Source of the DNA: an uncultured Planctomycetota bacterium | GTDB taxonomy: Bacteria; Planctomycetota; Planctomycetia; Pirellulales; Lacipirellulaceae | Length of the DNA stretch: 64,000 nucleotides | Assembly: GCA_963719315.1 (NCBI GenBank) | Contig: CAVRBU010000002.1 | Location: forward strand, 1,376,001 to 1,440,000 | Direction: 5' to 3' | Shown: piece by piece, positions 8,698 to 19,166 of the stretch | Numbering within the stretch: the first letter of the stretch is position 1 | Layout: every line of letters begins with the position of its first letter | Notes under the pieces: generated by a model | Told to the model about the DNA's origin: nothing | What the model saw: only the letters and a program-made list of their open reading frames with translations | Databases searched by the model: none | Made by a program: the position numbers and the translations under genes

Positions 8698-11019
8698 CTA
8701 GATAAAATCTAACAGCGATAGCTGCAATATTCTGGCGGAGGTTTGCAGCGAGGCCTGCAGCGAATACTGTCGGGCCGTCAAGTTCGAAATTGCTTCCACC
8801 AGGTCCACGTCCATGTCGTCCGAAAGCGCCGACTTCAGTTGCACGTTTTCTTCCTGCAACTTCGTGCCGATTATCTCCAGGCTTTGCAGCCGAGAACCAA
8901 TATCGGATCGGGCAAAATTGACTCGGCTGATGTCTGTATCCAATCGATCGATCGACCGGCCGACTTCCTCCGCGTTGTTGTCTTCCAGCGCTTGTTTCAA
9001 GCGGATCAGCGTGTTGAACACGCTGTCCGATTCAACGGTGTGGCGATCGGTGCTCTGCAACACGTAGTTGCCATTGGCGTCGGTCACGTGCGAGCTGCTA
9101 ACCGTCTGACCCGAGGGCACGAATCCCAGATACTCTGCTGCCTGGCTCCCCTCAACGGTTTGCACGGTAAGGTCGCCGGTGGTCGCTGTACTTTGATCGA
9201 CTAGTTCGATGCCGTTGCCGGCCGTCGCCAGTTGGGCGACGACTTTGGTCGTGCCCGTATTGTTTGCCGCGTTGCCGTTAATTAGAGCGATCACGTCGTT
9301 CACGGTTCGTGCCGTCGACAAGTTGATCGCGAGCTGTGTGCCATCTCGGGCTGTAATCAGTAAATCGTTTTTTGTCGGATCCGAGGCCGTCGGCACACCC
9401 ACGCCGCGGTTGAAATCCGCCAGCTTGGACTCTGCCGTGTACGTGCGGATGCCCAACTGCGTCGCTAACTTACCGCTGTTTTCGCCGATCGATAGGTCCG
9501 CGCCGCTTAACCGCGAGCGAACATTAATACCGTCGTGCGCGGCGTTGATTTCCGCTACGACCCCCAATCCCGCGCCGTTGATCAGATTCAGCAGTCCCTC
9601 GACGGTGTCCACCGTACTGGTATCCAAGCTTACGGGCGGGCCGCCGTTGGTAATAACCAACCCTGACGCGGTGTCCAGCACTTCCCCGCCACCACCCTTC
9701 GTGATGTCAGCGAAGGTAGTTATCTGCACTGGATTCGAGCCGGCTTGATTCGACGCGGTGGCATCGTGGTAATCGACGGCCGCCGTAAACGTGCCCTCAG
9801 TCGTAATCGCCGCCGCGACCTGCGCAGCCGTAGAAAAACCAGTTTGTACATGAACGGTCAGTGTTTTGCTGCTGCTGTTGTAGTCCGCCGTTTCGGCGCC
9901 TGCCGTTCCGTCATTGGCAAACACAACATCCACATCGTTGAAATCGATGCCGTTTTGACTCGCCGTCAGCACAATGTCGTTGTTCGCGTTTACGGACTGC
10001 AGCAGGCCCTGCGCCTTCGTACCCAGTAAATTACTCAGTGGGGTGGTTTTTAAAACCGCCGAGCGAAGTAGCGTCCCGTTAATGCTAGTCGTCGGTGGGG
10101 CGTACTTCGGCGTGAGAATTCCCAATTCGCTGGCAGCACTGCCCTGGCCTACTTCGCCGACGGTGATCGTACCGCTCGTCGTGCTGATTGACAGTCCTTC
10201 GCCAGTCACTCTGGCGACAACATCCGTTCCCGACGGCGCGCCTCTTTCAATGAGCCGCGCTACGTCGCCGAGCGTAACCGCCTTGCTCAAATCGACCACG
10301 CTGGAGACCGTCGCCGTTCCCGTGTTGATCGAGATCGTGACGGCCGCATTGCGACTGATGCCGTTGCCGTCGTTAATCGTGCTCACGAGCGTATCGGGGC
10401 TCAAATGCGGATGGAGAGCAACCCCCTTCACCTGGCTTGAAATGCCGCCGAACACATCGGTGCCGGCCAGATTCGTGTCAAACAATCGCTCCACGTCGAC
10501 GTAGCTTCGCAAAACTCCTTCATTGCCGGAGTATTCCACGTTGCTGCCATTGAAATCGTACGGCTGGTCCTGCGAGCGCGACCCCGCGAACAGATAACGC
10601 CCTTGCAATTTGGCATTTCCCGTCGCCACCAGCGTCTCGAGCGCCTTGTCGATCTGCTGCACGAGCGTCTGCCGATCTGCATCGCTGCTGAGCGTGCCCG
10701 CGATTCCCACCACGTCGGACCGCAGCTTGATCAACAGGTCCGACACCGCTCCCAGGTGGGACTCAGCGGCGTTCAGGAAGTTGTTGTTCGCTTGAACATT
10801 GGTTTGAATCTGCCCTTTGCGATCCAGTAACCGCTGTAAATTGATTGCCCGCAACGCCGCCGGCGCGTCATCGCTCGGCAACTGCAGCCGCTGGCCCGTG
10901 CTGACCTGATTCTGCAGATTGAACAGCTCCAACTGGTCGCTCTGCGTTTGACCAATCAGCCGCTGCCGGACGAAATAATCGCCCACCCGCGTCGTCGGTA
11001 CTGGAATAATGTTGGTCAT
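8698..11019 (-). CDS. flgL: Hook-associated protein FlgL (long)
   Basis: QVSTGQRLQLPSDDAPAA, GRYLFAG, C-term DVDLVEAI...SLQASLQTSARILQLSLLDFI. Confidence 0.9.
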   Translation of the reverse strand: MTNIIPVPTTRVGDYFVRQRLIGQTQSDQLELFNLQNQVSTGQRLQLPSDDAPAALRAINLQRLLDRKGQIQTNVQANNNFLNAAESHLGAVSDLLIKLRSDVVGIAGTLSSDADRQTLVQQIDKALETLVATGNAKLQGRYLFAGSRSQDQPYDFNGSNVEYSGNEGVLRSYVDVERLFDTNLAGTDVFGGISSQVKGVALHPHLSPDTLVSTINDGNGISRNAAVTISINTGTATVSSVVDLSKAVTLGDVARLIERGAPSGTDVVARVTGEGLSISTTSGTITVGEVGQGSAASELGILTPKYAPPTTSINGTLLRSAVLKTTPLSNLLGTKAQGLLQSVNANNDIVLTASQNGIDFNDVDVVFANDGTAGAETADYNSSSKTLTVHVQTGFSTAAQVAAAITTEGTFTAAVDYHDATASNQAGSNPVQITTFADITKGGGGEVLDTASGLVITNGGPPVSLDTSTVDTVEGLLNLINGAGLGVVAEINAAHDGINVRSRLSGADLSIGENSGKLATQLGIRTYTAESKLADFNRGVGVPTASDPTKNDLLITARDGTQLAINLSTARTVNDVIALINGNAANNTGTTKVVAQLATAGNGIELVDQSTATTGDLTVQTVEGSQAAEYLGFVPSGQTVSSSHVTDANGNYVLQSTDRHTVESDSVFNTLIRLKQALEDNNAEEVGRSIDRLDTDISRVNFARSDIGSRLQSLEIIGTKLQEENVQLKSALSDDMDVDLVEAISNLTARQYSLQASLQTSARILQLSLLDFI

Positions 11020-11111
11020 CGCATTTTTTGTAGGGAAGGCACTCCCCACCAATATCCGCTCGAATCACGGTGGGCATTGTCCACCCTACCACCACTCCAC
11101 GGGTCCTCTTG

Positions 11112-12818
11112 CTACAGCTTCACCAACATATCCAGCAAGTCGGAAATCGTCTGAATGTACTTCGCCGACGCCTGGTAAATTCGCTGTAACGTCAACATCT
11201 TCACCGCTTCCTCGTCGATGCTAACACCGCTCACCGCCTGCTGCTGGCCTTCCAGCGAGCCTTCGAACGTGCGATACCCGTCGGCCACCGATTTCGACAC
11301 GGCCGATCCCTGCGTGATCTGGTTGATCAGTTGGTTGTACAAGTCGGTAAGCGACACACCGCCGGCCGAATCGATCGGTTGATCCAAAAACGCCGATAGC
11401 CTTTCCGCATTTCGCGAGTCTTCGCCGATTCCGCCCAAGCTCGCGGCGAACTTGCCAGCGTTGGCGATGCCCTTCAGCTCGTCGTTCACGCCGAGTGTCC
11501 CGGCCGTCGATCCGGTGAAGAAGGTATTTAGCCCGAGTGCCGCAAGCACGCCGCTCGTATCGCCCGAGAAAGCGAACTCAATATCTGTCGAGTCGGACTT
11601 GATTTGAAGCTGACCGCTCGACGTTAAGCTCGCCGAAATACCGTCCACCGCGTCAAGCTGCTGCGTCAAACTGGTCGGCGTCGTATCCTCATTCAACCCG
11701 TTGAGGTCGATGTGGATCGTTTGCGTCCGAGTCAGATTGTCCTCTTTGCTGTGAATCAATAGGTCGAATGTGCCGCTCTCCGGCGTGAAAGCCAGACCGG
11801 CCGCGTCGAGTGCGGCGCTCGCGTTGGTGACTCCGCTCTTGCTCGTTAGCTGATCGAAACCAACGAGTCCCTGGCCCTGCGAATACAACTTGTTGAATTC
11901 GAACGCGAGCGTGCCGGCCAGTTCGTCCAGTTTGTCGATGAATCCGCCGGCAATTTGATCGCGGGCATCATACAATCCTCTTAACTCGCCAGTACCCGTA
12001 TCAATCGGTGAGTGCGTACCAACGAACTGGATGGTGCTAGCGTTTGAGCCGTTCCCGCCTTGTGGATTGAGCTCAACCTCGCGTCGCTGGCCTTCGAATA
12101 CGAGAAACTCGCCGCCCACGGAAATATTCAATCCACCGCTGGGCTGCTCATTGACATAGATGCCAAGGATCTCCGAGAGCCGATCCACTGCCGCTTGCCG
12201 TTGGACGCGCAGGCCGCCCGCTTCGCTCGCGGATGAATTTCCCCCTTCACTCGATGCAATCTTGATGTTCAGCGTGCGAACTTGCTCGGTCAGATTGTTG
12301 ATTTCGTCCGTTAATGCGGTGACGCGCTGGTCGAGTCGCTGCTGCACATCCGCCACACCGTTGTGCAGGTTGTTGATGTCCTCGGTGAGCGCGACACCCT
12401 TTCCAACCGCCAGATTCCGCGTTCCCGCATTGCCTGGATCCTTGAGAATTTCGTCGACTGAGTTGAAGAAGCCAGTCAGCGAGCTGCTCAGGTCGGAGGT
12501 GTCCGACAGCTCGTTGAGCAGCGTTTCCAAGTCGCGGTAAACCTTCTCCTGCACCTCCGCATTTGCGCGGTCGCCGTGCGCACTGACCAATCGCTCCTGC
12601 ACGAACTTGTCGATTTTCTGAATGATGCTGTCGACTGCGACACCCAGGCCAAGAATCAAATGTCCTTGCTTCTGGACACCGGCCGGAACGTACACGGCCT
12701 CTTGCCGCACATAGCCGGGCGTATTGGCGTTGGCAATGTTGTCGCCCACCACTTGCAGACCGATTTGCATCGCCTGCAGCGTGTTGCCGCCCATCTGAAT
12801 GGAGCCGAAAAGACTCAT
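11112..12818 (-). CDS. flgK: Hook-associated protein FlgK
   Basis: GDNIANANTPGYVRQ, GELRGL, C-term VSGVSIDEEAVKMLTLQRIYQASAK. Confidence 0.95.
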   Translation of the reverse strand: MSLFGSIQMGGNTLQAMQIGLQVVGDNIANANTPGYVRQEAVYVPAGVQKQGHLILGLGVAVDSIIQKIDKFVQERLVSAHGDRANAEVQEKVYRDLETLLNELSDTSDLSSSLTGFFNSVDEILKDPGNAGTRNLAVGKGVALTEDINNLHNGVADVQQRLDQRVTALTDEINNLTEQVRTLNIKIASSEGGNSSASEAGGLRVQRQAAVDRLSEILGIYVNEQPSGGLNISVGGEFLVFEGQRREVELNPQGGNGSNASTIQFVGTHSPIDTGTGELRGLYDARDQIAGGFIDKLDELAGTLAFEFNKLYSQGQGLVGFDQLTSKSGVTNASAALDAAGLAFTPESGTFDLLIHSKEDNLTRTQTIHIDLNGLNEDTTPTSLTQQLDAVDGISASLTSSGQLQIKSDSTDIEFAFSGDTSGVLAALGLNTFFTGSTAGTLGVNDELKGIANAGKFAASLGGIGEDSRNAERLSAFLDQPIDSAGGVSLTDLYNQLINQITQGSAVSKSVADGYRTFEGSLEGQQQAVSGVSIDEEAVKMLTLQRIYQASAKYIQTISDLLDMLVKL

Positions 12819-12932
12819 GCGCCACCGGAGAGAAGAGTGGAGCAGTGGAGTAGCGGAGTGGTGGAGTGGAAGAGTCGCCGAAGCCGCGGCTTCGAACTAC
12901 TCCTCTAGTCCTCGACTCCTCTACTGTAGCCC

Positions 12933-13439
12933 CTACGCGGCCCGATCGACCAACGCGCCACTTGCCGCGCGGTCCGAGCCCTTACCATATGTCGGCTTCG
13001 GCCGCCCACCGGTAGCAATAATCTCGATCAACTGCGAAAGATGTAGCAGCGACCGTTGCACTAGCACCCAGTTCGCAAGACTCTGGTGCTGCAGAAGTTG
13101 CGTTCGCCCCGCCGCCTCGCGAATGCTGGCTTGAACGCGATCGCGACTCGCCAGTGGTAGCTTTTCACTGAGCGATTGGATGCTATCGGCCGGCAACCCA
13201 TCCTCGTTTGCCCGCGCCAACAACTGCTGGCGCCGCTCGTGACATGCTTGCAGTCGATCAGCCAATTCCTGCTCACGTCCCGCCATCGCCGACAGCGACG
13301 CATGATCCCCAGCCACAAGCAGTTGCCGCTTCTCACTCAGCGTGCCCAGCAGCGCCGTCTGCACTTCAGCCAGCTCGCCGATCAGCTCGCCGATTTCACC
13401 TTCCCAGTTGTCATCCATAGTAGCAGGCATGCTCCGCAT
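12933..13439 (-). CDS. flgN: FlgN-family export chaperone
   Basis: Helical 168-aa ORF ending PTYGKG...GALVDRAA, immediately before flgK. Confidence 0.75.
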   Translation of the reverse strand: MRSMPATMDDNWEGEIGELIGELAEVQTALLGTLSEKRQLLVAGDHASLSAMAGREQELADRLQACHERRQQLLARANEDGLPADSIQSLSEKLPLASRDRVQASIREAAGRTQLLQHQSLANWVLVQRSLLHLSQLIEIIATGGRPKPTYGKGSDRAASGALVDRAA

Positions 13440-13459
13440 GCCGTCGCCTTCCCTGTTTC

Positions 13460-13894
13460 TTATCGCCGCGGCAACTGCGCCAGTTGCCCCAAATCATTCG
13501 ACGCCCGATCGGCATTCGCCAACGAAGGAAACTGCCGCTCGAACATCGGCTCCGCGAATTTCGAAGCCGTCGTCTTCGTCAATTGCTCGGTCAATGTCTG
13601 ATCGAGTTGGCCCTGAAACGCTTCCTCAGCCCGTCCGCCGTAAAAATACGCTGGTTTGCCGACCGTCGACCGCATCGCCTTGAACATCTGACCATAAAAA
13701 GCTTCGCCGACAAACTGCGTAAATTTTTCCTTAACCTCTTCCTTACTGTGTCTTTTGCGCTGTAAGGATATGATGCCCGAATCGCCGTTCTCTCGACCTT
13801 TCAAAGCAGTCGGCACCGCAACGGAATTGCCGCCCAACGCCATCGCCGCCGGCGACTGAAACATTGCTGCCACATTGTGATTGATTGAAGGCAT
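13460..13894 (-). CDS. flgJ: Rod-binding protein (FlgJ N-terminal-like, no muramidase domain)
   Basis: F.QFVGEAFYGQMFKAMRSTV...GGRAEEAFQGQLDQ. Lies after flgI. Confidence 0.7.
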   Translation of the reverse strand: MPSINHNVAAMFQSPAAMALGGNSVAVPTALKGRENGDSGIISLQRKRHSKEEVKEKFTQFVGEAFYGQMFKAMRSTVGKPAYFYGGRAEEAFQGQLDQTLTEQLTKTTASKFAEPMFERQFPSLANADRASNDLGQLAQLPRR

Positions 13895-14016
13895 AGAAGT
13901 CGTAAGGTGTAAGGTATGAGTCGCAATGCGTGGAGGTTAGTCGAGGGTATGACGTTGGGAGCCGGCTCTTTCTACTTCCCCCATACAACTTACCCTCTAA
14001 ACCTTTCCCTTTACCC

Positions 14017-15078
14017 CTAATCAATAATCAACCGCCCATGCAATTTTCCATTCCGCTCGATCCCGCGAATGATCTCGATCATGTCCGCCGTGGGCACCTT
14101 CAACTGATTGAGCTGATCGACTAAGGCTTGCAACTTGGGCTTGCTGGAGTCATCCACGTCGATCGGAGTAAATGAGGGCGCCGGCGTGGAATCCACCACT
14201 ACGTTCTTGTGCGAAACGATCACGTCGCCGATCTCCACGTCGCCGCTGATCACGATCGTGCCGGCTCGCGAATTGATCACCACCCGCGATTCCGTCTGGG
14301 GATCTTCAATCCTCGTCTCCAACAGGTCCGACGCAAACGCCACCGGGTCGCGCATGAATACTTCAGGAATCTTCACGACGATGTTCGAGGCGTCGATCGC
14401 GCGCACCATTTCGTCAGCCTGCTTGGCATCGCCCGATTCGGAATATGCCAGTTGCTCGCGAAGCCGGTACACGATCTCGTTCGCCGTCTGAAAATCGGCG
14501 TGGTTCTTGTCCAAAATCAACGTCATGTAACCGTCGCGATAAAACGGCGTGAAGAGATCGGCCTCGAGCTGGCAGCCTGCGGATACAAAGCCCACCATCG
14601 GTTGCGCCGGATTATCGATCGTCACCTGCCCTTGGCACAACGCATACACCCGGTGGTCTTGCGTATTCGGGCCCTGCAACGCCGCGAAGGCCAGCCGGCC
14701 GCCTTCCAAGCTCTTGCCGTTCAAAGCGCTGAGATAACAATCTAAGTGGTCGCCGCGTCGTGCGCCTGTCGCCGGCACCGTTGCCGTCACCATCACCATG
14801 GCGGCGTTTTTGATTTTCTTCAGTTCGTCGAAACTAGACTTTTGTCCGTCCGTAGCAACCGGATTGCCCATGACTTGCATGGCTTGAGCGATGGCCCGCA
14901 TCGTCGTCGCGTCGTTCACTTCGCCCGTGCCATTGAGCCCCAACACAAGACCCCAGCCGCGGAGCGTGTTTTCTTCCTGCCCTTTCACGCGGCAAATATT
15001 CTTCAGCCGCGTGCTGGCCGAAACCGGGACAGTCGCGATTAACGCCAGGCTCACTGCTGTCAGCAACACTTTATGCAT
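14017..15078 (-). CDS. flgI: Flagellar P-ring protein FlgI
   Basis: RLKNICRVKGQEENTLRGWGLVLGLNGTG, AMVMVTA, SLEGGRL, RVVINSRAGTIV. Confidence 0.93.
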   Translation of the reverse strand: MHKVLLTAVSLALIATVPVSASTRLKNICRVKGQEENTLRGWGLVLGLNGTGEVNDATTMRAIAQAMQVMGNPVATDGQKSSFDELKKIKNAAMVMVTATVPATGARRGDHLDCYLSALNGKSLEGGRLAFAALQGPNTQDHRVYALCQGQVTIDNPAQPMVGFVSAGCQLEADLFTPFYRDGYMTLILDKNHADFQTANEIVYRLREQLAYSESGDAKQADEMVRAIDASNIVVKIPEVFMRDPVAFASDLLETRIEDPQTESRVVINSRAGTIVISGDVEIGDVIVSHKNVVVDSTPAPSFTPIDVDDSSKPKLQALVDQLNQLKVPTADMIEIIRGIERNGKLHGRLIID

Positions 15079-15126
15079 GTTCTTGCTCCGCACTCGCCAC
15101 TCGCAACTCAACCCTCGACCCTCGAC

Positions 15127-15866
15127 CTAGAATGGCTTCCAGCAGTCGTACCACTTCGTAAACCAACCCCGTTCGATGCCGTCCTTGACAAAGCCCTTCT
15201 TGCGAATCAGGATTCGCCGCTCGGCGACGTCGTCGCTTCGCACGGTGCGATCGGGTCCAATCGATTGGCGACGAACGATCCCGGACACGGACTGCTCCCA
15301 GACTTCGTCATCGTGCTGCACTTCGCTGTGACCTTCGATCACGAGGTTGCCGTTTGGCTGAATATCAACGACCTTCGCCGCAATCCGGAACGTCAACGCG
15401 TCCTTCGCGGAAATGTCGGCCTCTGTCTTGTACTGGCTGTCGAGTTGACCCTTGATTCGCGGATCGCCGTTATTGAACGGCGCCGGCGTAAGATTCTTAC
15501 CGTCAAACTTCAGCCAATCGGAAAGCACCGCATTGAAGTTATTATTTCGCTTGCTCTTGGCATCGCCCTCGCTCAGCATGCTCGATCGGTAATCGACGAG
15601 CACCGTTATGATATCTTGCAGCTGCAACTCTCGCTGCTCCGCCTCCGGCGGCAGCCGGCGATAAATGAACGAGCTATTCTCCAGCGTGAGCGGCGCCTTC
15701 TGCTGTGGCCCCGCCGGTGGAACCAACAGCAAACTCGCATCCTGGCGCGAGCACGTTGATTCGCTCCACCAAACAAAACTACGACGACGCAAAGAACACG
15801 AAGAGCACACACTTTCGCCAACCGATACCAATCTGAAGAATTTTGTTGATCCATATTCCAGGCCAT
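15127..15866 (-). CDS. flgH: Flagellar L-ring protein FlgH (apparent 1-nt frameshift near 15745)
   Basis: DIITVLVD...VVDIQPNGNLVIEG...SGIVRRQSIGPDRTVRS. The hydrophobic signal-like N-terminus is in another frame (ORF 15606-15866) and joins if one C is added (RARA|QDASLL). Confidence 0.85.
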
Positions 15867-15903
15867 TCATTTATCGTTCGCCGTAATCGTCGTGCCGTCG
15901 TAG

Positions 15904-17092
15904 TTACTTAGGCGGGCTGAACGGCCGCCGCGCGGATTGAACGCGTTCCGGTTTTTGCGGCGTGCTCGCTCGCGCCGGCGCGAACACCGACGCTTGCCGC
16001 ATCCCCACCACACGGGCATCGTAGCGTTCTTTCGATTCCAGCGATTCCACTTGGATCAAATCCCCTGTCGCTCCATCCTGCAACGCACGGGCACTCGTGC
16101 GCACCCGAATACCGCCGCTCTGCGACCCGACGGTGATCAGATCGCCGCGCTTCACCACGATCGGCGACTGCACTTCGTCCGCAAACACGATTTCGCCGAC
16201 TTGCAGCGGCTGACGTGCTTCCTTGCCGATGATGTTTCCCATAGTGTCGATGATCGCCCGCTGGCCGGTCGTCTTGGCGGTTGGATCGATCATCCGTAAT
16301 TCCACATCCGCGGCCGTGACCACGCTGCCGCGCGCGACCGTTCGCGTCGCCACGACGGCCGGCATCGCCGGTGCCGGTACGTCGGCGTTTACCGGCAACT
16401 GGACCGCGCCATTGGGCGTCGTGAACGACAGCGTAAACTTCTGCCGCCCCGTCCAGGGCTCACTGCCGCCATTACAAGTCGGCGCCGCAGTGGCCGTCGC
16501 CAATTGTGCGAGTTGCCGGTCGGACATATTCAACTCGATCTGTCCCACCGCGGCCTTACCAGTTTTTGACTTCACATAGTCGCCGATGATCTGGCTCACG
16601 AAACCCTTTAAAGCCTCGGCCTGCGCATCGTCGATCTGCTTCGTCTCGGCAGTCTGCACCGTTTCGCCTGCCAAAATAGCTTCACGACGATTGAGCGAAA
16701 TGTTGCTCTCCGCCGGCATCGGTTCATTGAACGCAGTTTGCCGCACTTTGTTCGGTGCCGTAACCGCGACGCGCTGCGCCGTCGAACCGGAGATCGTCCA
16801 TCTTCACGCCATTAGCGGCCAGCATGTCGGCAATTTCCTGCTTCCGCAAAAATCGCTCGGTCTCCGGCGCTGGCGCGGGCATCAATGGCACCGCCGCTAA
16901 CTGCCGCGCCAACTGCCGATCGGCTACCACGATTTCAGCTACATCGCCCAACCGCACCACCGACGACTTTGGCGCCACCCGCTCGCGCAGCTTGACTTCA
17001 ACCTTCGCCGCGCTTGCCGCGACCGAGCTCACAACCACGAGCATCGCCACCAAAAATCTCACACTATTTTGATTCGCGCCCATCCAAGTCAC
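15904..17092 (-). CDS. flgA: P-ring chaperone FlgA, split by a frameshift near 16770
   Basis: The 5' ORF has a signal peptide and VRLGDVAEI. The 3' ORF has the SAF domain (VVATRTVARGSVV) and VKRGDLITV...ARALQDGATGDLIQVES. Confidence 0.85.
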
Positions 17093-17149
17093 ACCCGATT
17101 CCCAACTTTCCTTAGTGCCCTTCGTGCCTTCGTGGTTACCTCCTAGCGG

Positions 17150-17953
17150 CTAAGCCCGCCTGAGATTCGCCACGATTTGCATGATCTGGTCGCCGGCCTG
17201 CACGACCTGCGAATTCAACTCGAACGACCGCTGCGTCGTGATCAAATCGATCAGTTCATTCACGGGTTCCACGTTCGACGCCTCCAAGAATCCTTGCCGA
17301 ATATTGCCGAATCCATCTTGCCCGGGGTTGCCGGTCGTCTCGTTGCCCGAAGCGTCGGTCTTCTGGAATAGGTTGTCGCCCAGTTTCAGTAACCCGTCGG
17401 GGTTCACGAACTTAGCGAGCTGAATTTGGCCGAGCGAATTGAGTGTGGTGGAACTTTGCGTGCTGTATTGAATCTGCCCGTCGGCCGAGACCACGATGCC
17501 GGTCGCCTCGGGCGGCACCGTAATTGCCGGGTCCAACACGTAACCATTGTTGGCCGAGCCCAGCACCAACTGTCCATCCGCGTTGATGTTGAAATTGCCG
17601 GCCCGCGTGTAGTAGTTGTCGCCGTTCGGGTTTTTCACCTGAAAGAACCCGTCCCCTTCGACGGCAAAATCGAGAGGATTGTTCGTCGTTTCGAATGCCC
17701 CTTGCTTGAAGTTCGATTGGGTGCTCGACACCCGCGTGCCCAATCCGACTTCAATGCCGGTCGCCGTCTTCGTGCCGTCCGAATCCTCGGCACCGGGCAG
17801 CCGGTACTGGCGATAAAAAATATCCTCGAAGTTTGCCCGGTCCTTCTTGAAGGCAGTCGTGTTGATGTTTGCCATATTATTGGCAATCACATCCAACTTC
17901 GTCTCCAAGGCTTCCATGCCTGTCGCGGCCGTGTAAAGCGTTTGAACTGTCAT
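17150..17953 (-). CDS. flgG: Basal-body rod protein FlgG
   Basis: LYTAATGM...ANNMANINTTAFKKDRANFED...YTRAGNF...QGFLEASNV. Confidence 0.96.
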   Translation of the reverse strand: MTVQTLYTAATGMEALETKLDVIANNMANINTTAFKKDRANFEDIFYRQYRLPGAEDSDGTKTATGIEVGLGTRVSSTQSNFKQGAFETTNNPLDFAVEGDGFFQVKNPNGDNYYTRAGNFNINADGQLVLGSANNGYVLDPAITVPPEATGIVVSADGQIQYSTQSSTTLNSLGQIQLAKFVNPDGLLKLGDNLFQKTDASGNETTGNPGQDGFGNIRQGFLEASNVEPVNELIDLITTQRSFELNSQVVQAGDQIMQIVANLRRA

Positions 17954-18002
17954 CTGGTCGTCTCACAAAATCAAAGTGTCTTGTTTGTCTCATTGGGTGG
18001 CT

Positions 18003-18063
18003 AAGGTGTCAGATGTCGGGTGTCCGTGCGATCACGACACCTGACACCTGACACCTGACACCT
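18003..18063. repeat. Inverted heptamer arrays (AGGTGTC-like ... GACACCT x4)
   Basis: aggtgtcagatgtcgggtgtc ... gacacctgacacctgacacctgacacct, between flgF and flgG. Confidence 0.8.
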
Positions 18064-18066
18064 TCC

Positions 18067-18822
18067 CTACGCCTGCAACACGCGGCTAATCAGCGTTCCT
18101 AGCACCGAATCCTGATTCTGAATCATCCGGGTGTTCGCTTCGAACGCCCGAGTTGTTTCGATCATCGCCATCATCTGTCGTACGGGATTCGCGCCAGAAA
18201 CTTCCAGAAAGCCTTGCCGTACATTGCGCTCTTTGAGTTCAAGTGGCTTCGTCGCGCCCGTCGGCTGCCACAGGTTGTTGCCAACTTTTACAAGCCCATT
18301 GAGCGAATCCGGTTGCGACATCCCCAGGGCGTACACCGTGCCCGCCTGATTGATGAACCCGTCTTGCGAAACCGAAAACGGCACGTTCTGCAAGAGTGTG
18401 ATTTCGCTCCCCTGCTGGTCGAGCACGGGGCGATGCCCGTTTTGCGTCACCAACTTGCCTTGCGAATTGAGTTCGAACGCGCCGGCTCGCGATAGATATT
18501 GTTGCCCGTCGTCGCCGCGAACGTGGAAGAATCCCTGACCGTCAATTGCAATGTCGAGATCGTTGCCGGTGTGCTTCAACTCGCCGGGTGAGAAGTCCGT
18601 CTGCACGTCGATGATCTTCACGCCGCCGCCAAGATCGTTGATCGAGCCGTCGCCGGCCTGGGCCTGACCTTTTTGAATCGCCTCGGCGAACCGCGCTTGG
18701 AACATCGGCACGTCCTGCTTGAAGCCGGCCGTATCCACGTTCGCCATATTATTGGCGATCACTTCCAAACGCTGAGCCTGGGCAGCGGCGCCCTCGGCCG
18801 AGATGTACATTCCGTACGGCAT
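18067..18822 (-). CDS. flgF: Basal-body rod protein FlgF
   Basis: ANNMANVDTAGFK, TGNDLDIAIDGQGFF, QGFLEVSGANPV. Precedes flgG. Confidence 0.88.
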   Translation of the reverse strand: MPYGMYISAEGAAAQAQRLEVIANNMANVDTAGFKQDVPMFQARFAEAIQKGQAQAGDGSINDLGGGVKIIDVQTDFSPGELKHTGNDLDIAIDGQGFFHVRGDDGQQYLSRAGAFELNSQGKLVTQNGHRPVLDQQGSEITLLQNVPFSVSQDGFINQAGTVYALGMSQPDSLNGLVKVGNNLWQPTGATKPLELKERNVRQGFLEVSGANPVRQMMAMIETTRAFEANTRMIQNQDSVLGTLISRVLQA

Positions 18823-18871
18823 GGGAGACGAGCGATTCGCAGGTGCGCCCCCCTGCGTGTTCCGACGCTAA

Positions 18872-18888
18872 AGCAACGCCCGTGCCGA
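18872..18888 (-). promoter_or_regulatory. Sigma-54 -24/-12 promoter of the flgF operon
   Basis: Minus strand TCGGCAC-GGGCG-TTGCT versus consensus TGGCAC-N5-TTGCW, 50 nt upstream of the flgF ATG. Confidence 0.7.
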
Positions 18889-19166
18889 ACAGGCAAAAGA
18901 AAGGCAACTCGCAACGCAAGTCGTTACGCCGCCGCCCACTAGCGAAGTGATGCAACGTTCGATCAACGAAACGCTAGCGATGAAGCCCGCCCCCAAACCC
19001 GGCGAAGATTGCCGCTCGCCCGATTGCTACCGGCAAATTCTGCGCGAGCCGCCTCAGCGATAGGTGCCATGCCCTCGCCGCTCTGGGCGTGGGCATGCTG
19101 TCGCAAAGTTCAAACCGGCGCCAACATGCTTACCCGCTGCTGCGCGAGAGCATGCCACGCTAACTC

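Noticed and set aside
2225..10504. Long plus-strand ORFs opposite fliD, fliC and flgL
   Set aside because: Antisense shadows caused by GC-rich codon bias, with no recognisable motifs.
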